Origin: Gaiellaceae bacterium | GTDB taxonomy: Bacteria > Actinomycetota > Thermoleophilia > Gaiellales > Gaiellaceae | Direction of reading: 5' to 3' | NCBI GenBank assembly: GCA_035764425.1 | Contig: DASTZE010000080.1 | Location: 1 to 39,972 of the forward strand | Length of the DNA stretch: 39,972 bases | In this document: one piece after another, positions 35,535-39,972 of the stretch | Layout of the letters: every line of letters begins with the position of its first letter | Position numbering within the stretch: position 1 is the stretch's first letter | Program-made: the position numbers and the translations under genes | The notes under the pieces: model-generated | What the model was told of the DNA's origin: nothing | Database searches by the model: none | Seen by the model: only the letters and a program-made list of their open reading frames with translations

Positions 35535-36898
35535 GCACATTCGACAACAACGGGTTCTCGCGCCGCAGCGACGCCGCCGTGCTCGCGGAGGCGCTCCAGG
35601 TCGACGGGAGCTCCGCGAAGGCCTATGCGCGCGATCCGCAAGCCGAGCTGAAGACGCGCATCCACCGTGCCTGCATCGCACGGCTGGGCGCCGCCTTCCT
35701 CAACCTCGAAGGGTCGCACGATCTGGAGCAGCGCGTGCGGGAGCTCGTCCGCGAGCAGTTGAACGCCGAGCAGATGCCGCTCAGCCCCAGCGAGCGCGCA
35801 CGTCTGGAACGGCAGATCGCCGACGACATCCTCGGCTACGGACCGCTGGAGCCGTTCCTCCAGGACCCGTCGGTGACCGAGATCATGGTCAACGGGTACG
35901 ACCAGGTCTTCGTCGAACGGGGCGGGGTCATCGAGGAGACCGAAGCATCGTTCCTCGACGACGCGCACCTGCTGCGAATCATCGACCGCATCGTCTCGCA
36001 GGTCGGCCGCAGGATCGACGAGTCGTCCCCGATGGTCGATGCCCGCCTGCCGGACGGGAGCCGCGCCAACGCGATCATCCCGCCGCTCGCGCTCCGTGGG
36101 CCCTCGCTGACGATCCGGAAGTTCGCACGCGACGCGCTCGCACTTCCGGACCTGGTCAACCTCGACTCGCTCACCGAGCAGGCCGCCGACTTCCTCGCCC
36201 AGTGCGTGCGCGGCAAGCTGAACGTGCTCATCTCGGGCGGTACCGGCACAGGGAAGACGACCTTGCTGAACGCCGTGTCGGCACACATTCCCGCAGCCGA
36301 GCGCATCGTCACGATCGAAGACGCCGCCGAGCTTCGGCTGCACCAGCGCCACGTCGTGTCGCTCGAGGCGCGCCCGCCGAACGTCGAGGGCGAGGGCGAA
36401 GTGCGGATCCGCGACCTGGTGCGGAACGCACTCCGCATGCGGCCCGACCGCATCATCGTCGGTGAGGTGCGCGGCGCCGAGACGCTCGACATGTTGCAGG
36501 CGATGAACACCGGCCACGACGGCTCGCTCACGACGATCCACGCGAACTCGGCGCGCGACGCGCTCCACAGGCTCGAGATGCTCGTGATCATGGCCGGCGT
36601 CGAACTGCCCGTGAAGGCCGTCCGCGAGCAGATCGCGGGAGGATTCGACCTGCTCGTGCACATCGCCCGACTGGTCGACGGCTCGCGGAAGATCGTGCAG
36701 ATCACGGAGATCGCCGGAATGGAGGGCGACGTGGTCACGCTGCAGGACATCTTCCACGCACGCGTCCCCGAGAACGGGGCGACCGGCGACCTGCTCGTGC
36801 GGCCGCTCGAGCCGACGAGCCTGCGGCCGGGCTTTCTCACGAAGCTCCGGGTGAACGGCGTCGATCTCTCGGCGTCGACGTGGCTGGGGCCGGCATGA
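35531..36898 (+). CDS. tadA: CpaF/TadA secretion ATPase
   Basis: ISGGTGTGKTTLLNA (Walker A), IVTIEDAAEL, RPDRIIVGEVRG and GHDGSLTTIHAN. ATGA overlap with tadZ. Confidence 0.93.
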   Translation: MSTFDNNGFSRRSDAAVLAEALQVDGSSAKAYARDPQAELKTRIHRACIARLGAAFLNLEGSHDLEQRVRELVREQLNAEQMPLSPSERARLERQIADDILGYGPLEPFLQDPSVTEIMVNGYDQVFVERGGVIEETEASFLDDAHLLRIIDRIVSQVGRRIDESSPMVDARLPDGSRANAIIPPLALRGPSLTIRKFARDALALPDLVNLDSLTEQAADFLAQCVRGKLNVLISGGTGTGKTTLLNAVSAHIPAAERIVTIEDAAELRLHQRHVVSLEARPPNVEGEGEVRIRDLVRNALRMRPDRIIVGEVRGAETLDMLQAMNTGHDGSLTTIHANSARDALHRLEMLVIMAGVELPVKAVREQIAGGFDLLVHIARLVDGSRKIVQITEIAGMEGDVVTLQDIFHARVPENGATGDLLVRPLEPTSLRPGFLTKLRVNGVDLSASTWLGPA

Positions 36899-38739
36899 GG
36901 CGCGGTCTGCTTGCGCTTGCGGCGGCGGCACTGTTTGCTTTTCCGGCAACCGCCGTCGCCGGGGCGCCCGTCGAGATCCGGCAGGTCGATCTGCAGGGGA
37001 TGCCGCAGGTGCACCTGACCGTGGTCGCTCCGGCCGGAACGCGGCCGACGCTGTTCGAGGGTGGCCATCCGGCACAGTTCGCAACAGAGCGACAGCTCGG
37101 CTCTGCCGAGGCGCTCGTGCTGGCCATCGACAACTCCAAGTCGATGTCCGGGCGGCCGCTGCGTGAGGCGAAGCGCGCCGCCGGCCGGTTCTTGTCCGCA
37201 CAGGGGCAGCGTGCCTCCGCCCTCGGCCTCGTGGCGTTCGCGCACGAATCGCTCTCGTTGACGCATGCCAACGAGTCGAGCGGCGACATCCGCTCGACGT
37301 TGTCGGCGCTCGCCCCCGACTCGGTGTCCGGCACGGCGCTCTACGACGCGGTCGTCTCGTCCGCGGCGCGACTGCAGCGTCTTTCGCCTGGAGCGCGGAT
37401 CCTTGTGCTGCTCACGGACGGCCGCGACGTCGGCTCTCGCGCCTCGCTCGAGGACGCCGTCGCCGCCGCGAAGGCCGCGCACGTCACCGTGTACGCGATC
37501 GCGGCCGGCACGCAGGCGGACAAGCGGATGCTGGCGACGCTCGCCGGTCCGACCGGCGGTCGTGTCTTCGACGCCGCCAACGTCTCGCAGCTGTCGGCGG
37601 CGTACGCCGCGCTCGGCAACGAGCTCGACCGGACGTGGCGGATGGCGTACCTCACCCGCGGACGGCCCGGCGACACGGTGAACCTGCGCGTGCGCACGGG
37701 CAAAGGGTCGGCGCACCTCAACCTTCGCATCCCGGGCTCGAGCTCGGGCGGCTCCGGCCCGATTCCCGCGTCGATCGTCCGCGACCGGGGGACCTTGGTC
37801 GCGATCTTGCTGCTCGCTGCATTGCTCGTCGCGGCAGCGGGTGCCGGTATCGCACGGAGCCGCCGTACGCCGGAAATCCAGCGCCTGCTCGACCCGCACG
37901 TCAAGCGCCCGGGGCACGATGAGGCGAAGGCAGAGCAGAAGAAGGTCTTCGAGCCCGTCTTCGACTGGACGGAGGACGCTCTGGCGGACCTGCCCGGATC
38001 CGGCCGGCTGACACGCTTGCTGGAACGCTCGGGCCTGAGGCTGCGGCCCGGCCACGTCCCGTTCCTCTGCCTGGCCGGCGCACTCGTCTTCGGCGTGCTC
38101 GGAACGGCGCTCGCGGTCGGCTCGGTTGCGTCGCTCGCGCTCCTCCTGCTCGGCTTCGCAAGCCCGCTGATCGTGCTCCACATGATCGCGACCCGCCGGG
38201 CGAAGGCGTTCGACCGTCAGCTGCCCGACCTGCTTGCGACGGTGGCCTCGACGCTCCGCGCGGGCCATGGCCTGCGGACGGCGCTGCGCGCGGTTGCCGA
38301 TGACGGTACTCCGCCGGTGTCGCAGGAACTCGCGCGCGTGCTCACCGAGGAGCGCCTCGGCCGCCCGCTCGACGAGGCGATCGAGGCGATGTGCGAGCGC
38401 ACAGGGTCGGAAGACATGGAATACGTGGCAACGGCGATCAACGTCCAGGCGCAGGCGGGCGGTTCCCTGGCGACGCTGTTCGACACCCTGTCGGAGACGG
38501 TGCGGGAGCGTCAGCGACACGCCCGGAAGGTGCACGCGCTCACCTCGATGGGGCGCATGTCGGCGACGATTCTGATCTGCCTTCCCTTCGGGCTTGCCGC
38601 CCTCATGACGCTGATCAGCCCGTCGTACATGGCGCCGTTCTACGAGACATCGACAGGGCACGCCCTAATCGCGTTCTGTCTCGGCTCGATGACGATCGGC
38701 GCGCTCCTGCTCAAGCGAATCGTGAACGTGAGGTACTAG
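36895..38739 (+). CDS. fusion of a signal peptide, an extracytoplasmic VWA domain and TadB (T2SS-F domain)
   Basis: ATGA overlap with tadA. Signal peptide MRRGLLALAAAALFAFPATAVA. VWA MIDAS motif LAIDNSKSMSG ... LLTDGRD. TM helix, then RRAKAFDRQLPDLLATVASTLRAGHGLRTAL (T2SSF). Confidence 0.85.
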   Translation: MRRGLLALAAAALFAFPATAVAGAPVEIRQVDLQGMPQVHLTVVAPAGTRPTLFEGGHPAQFATERQLGSAEALVLAIDNSKSMSGRPLREAKRAAGRFLSAQGQRASALGLVAFAHESLSLTHANESSGDIRSTLSALAPDSVSGTALYDAVVSSAARLQRLSPGARILVLLTDGRDVGSRASLEDAVAAAKAAHVTVYAIAAGTQADKRMLATLAGPTGGRVFDAANVSQLSAAYAALGNELDRTWRMAYLTRGRPGDTVNLRVRTGKGSAHLNLRIPGSSSGGSGPIPASIVRDRGTLVAILLLAALLVAAAGAGIARSRRTPEIQRLLDPHVKRPGHDEAKAEQKKVFEPVFDWTEDALADLPGSGRLTRLLERSGLRLRPGHVPFLCLAGALVFGVLGTALAVGSVASLALLLLGFASPLIVLHMIATRRAKAFDRQLPDLLATVASTLRAGHGLRTALRAVADDGTPPVSQELARVLTEERLGRPLDEAIEAMCERTGSEDMEYVATAINVQAQAGGSLATLFDTLSETVRERQRHARKVHALTSMGRMSATILICLPFGLAALMTLISPSYMAPFYETSTGHALIAFCLGSMTIGALLLKRIVNVRY

Positions 38740-38742
38740 CTC

Positions 38743-39630
38743 ATGCTGCTCTTGCTCATCGCAGGCATCGCCTGCCTTGCCATGTCCGCCTTCTACGTGA
38801 CCCGTCCGCGTGCACACGCCGACCGCGAGCGCCAGGTCGCGATCGAACGCGTGCGCTCTGCGTCGACCGCCGTCGGTGGCGATTCCGCCCAGGGGCGGCG
38901 ATCGCTGCTTGTCGCCGTCGCGGCGCCGCTCGCGCGACTGCACCGCAAGCTGTGGAGGCGGGAGACGGATCAGGACGTCGCAACTGCCCTGGCACGCGCA
39001 GGCGTCTCGCGGCGCCTGAACGCGGAGCTGTTCATGGCGGGGCGCGTCGCCCTCGCAGTGCTCGGCGTAGCGGCAGGCTTCGCGCTCGCGCACGGCGTCG
39101 GCCGCGTTCTGCTGGGACTGGTCTTCGCGGCCGGCGGGATCATCCTTCCCGGCTTTCTCCTGAGCAAGGCGGCCGCACGGCGTGCCGCACGGATCGACGC
39201 GGAGCTGCCGCACTTCGTCGACCAGCTCGCGCTCGCGATCGAGGCCGGCATGAGCTTCGACGCCGCACTCACGTTCATGGCCGACGTCAACGACGGTCCG
39301 CTGGCGGACGAGATGACACGCGTGCTCACCGAGTTGCGCGTCGGCGAGTCGCGAAGGACGGCGATCCGCAACTTCGCGGTGCGTGTCGGGAGCGACGACG
39401 CGAAGGCCTTCGCGAACGCCGCTCTCGCCTCCGATCAGCTCGGCGCGCCTCTGAGCGGAATCCTGCGCGCCCAGGCGACTGACCTCCGTCACAGGCGCCA
39501 GATGTATGCGGAGGAGCGCGCGCAGAAGGCGCCGGTCAAGATGCTCCTGCCGATGGCCATCGTCATCCTGCCGGTGCTGTTCGTGCTGATCCTGGCACCG
39601 GCGTTCCTCGGCTCGCATGGGCTCCTCTGA
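38743..39630 (+). CDS. tadC: TadC (T2SS-F family inner-membrane platform protein)
   Basis: ELPHFVDQLALAIEAGMSFDAAL ... APVKMLLPMAIVILPVLFVLILAP. 295 aa. Confidence 0.88.
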   Translation: MLLLLIAGIACLAMSAFYVTRPRAHADRERQVAIERVRSASTAVGGDSAQGRRSLLVAVAAPLARLHRKLWRRETDQDVATALARAGVSRRLNAELFMAGRVALAVLGVAAGFALAHGVGRVLLGLVFAAGGIILPGFLLSKAAARRAARIDAELPHFVDQLALAIEAGMSFDAALTFMADVNDGPLADEMTRVLTELRVGESRRTAIRNFAVRVGSDDAKAFANAALASDQLGAPLSGILRAQATDLRHRRQMYAEERAQKAPVKMLLPMAIVILPVLFVLILAPAFLGSHGLL

Positions 39631-39972
39631 CGGATCGCACCGCGTCGGGCTCCAGGCCGTCGCAGCGCGCGCGCTGCTCGTCACGCTGTTCGGGCTCTTC
39701 GCGTGGGCGAACTTCAGGCACTGGCAGGACACCGGCAGGCCGTCGGGCCTCGGCACGACGGCGCTCGAGGCGTGGGCGGCGGTGCTCTTCCTGGTACGCC
39801 GCCCGACCGAACGCGTGAGCCGGAACGCCGTCGCATGGATCGCAGCTCCGATCGGGAGTTTCGCGATGCTGTTCGCGCGCCCGAGCTCGGAAGGCCTGCC
39901 CGCGCTTCCGTGCGAGCTCCTGCAGCTCGCGGGAGTGTTTCTGGCGCTTGCCAGCCTGGCAACGCTCGGGCG
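39617..39972 (+). CDS. polytopic membrane protein (partial), N-terminus resembles ICMT/PEMT-type membrane methyltransferases
   Basis: Own translation; the open frame runs off the window. Sequence: MGSSDGSHRVGLQAVAARALLVTLFGLFAWANFRHWQDTGRPSGLGTTALEAWAAVLFLVRRPTERVSRNAVAWIAAPIGSFAMLFARP... The ATG overlaps the tadC 3-prime end by 14 nt. The family call is from memory and tentative. Confidence 0.45.
   Translation, partial: MGSSDGSHRVGLQAVAARALLVTLFGLFAWANFRHWQDTGRPSGLGTTALEAWAAVLFLVRRPTERVSRNAVAWIAAPIGSFAMLFARPSSEGLPALPCELLQLAGVFLALASLATLG

Noticed and set aside
39617-39972. The last partial ORF as the missing TadV/CpaA prepilin peptidase.
   Set aside because: The visible 118 aa show none of the A24 aspartyl-peptidase features. 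They look more like ICMT/PEMT-type membrane methyltransferase N-termini. The sequence is too short to be certain.

Overview
Very GC-rich chromosomal segment (by eye well above 65% G+C, strong GC3 bias, many long spurious antisense ORFs). Gene content points to a monoderm Actinomycetota genome, possibly Thermoleophilia/Solirubrobacterales-like; this taxonomic guess is inference only. Most ORF-track entries are high-GC artefacts or N-terminal over-extensions, so I trimmed starts by hand using RBS and stop/start overlaps.

Gene order:
- Partial malic enzyme and formate-THF ligase (minus strand).
- A translationally coupled membrane operon: DUF4389, DUF2807, and a polytopic protein.
- A P-type cation ATPase.
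- OsmC coupled to a YbdK-type ligase.
- A MacB-type ABC exporter.
- A 2-oxoacid:ferredoxin oxidoreductase operon whose ferredoxin module is fused to a GltD-like flavoprotein.
- An ArsR-like regulator divergent from copper nitrite reductase NirK.
- A GNAT / PNPOx / DosS-like GAF kinase / DosR-like regulator operon.
- An AAA+ ATPase plus a hidden 43-aa basic ORF.
- tRNA-Met(CAU), followed by a roughly 620-bp lower-GC non-coding island that ends in a truncated MFS gene.
- MerR plus a hidden 21-aa hydrophobic micro-ORF.
- A Cys-less DksA-like protein with a membrane protein.
- A membrane-spanning SARP / cyclase / beta-propeller regulator.
- An orphan BMP-family binding protein.
- A secreted three-fold repeat protein I cannot assign to any family.
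- A monoderm-type Tad/Flp pilus locus: flp, tadE, tadG, cpaB, tadZ, tadA, a VWA-tadB fusion, and tadC.

Most interesting:
- The uncharacterised Cys-pair repeat protein and its signalling neighbours (27.0-31.3 kb).
- The tRNA-adjacent island and the recurring GTGCCWGGCAC palindrome.
- The two unannotated micro-ORFs.
- The VWA-TadB fusion.

I found no CRISPR array, rRNA, transposase or integrase.
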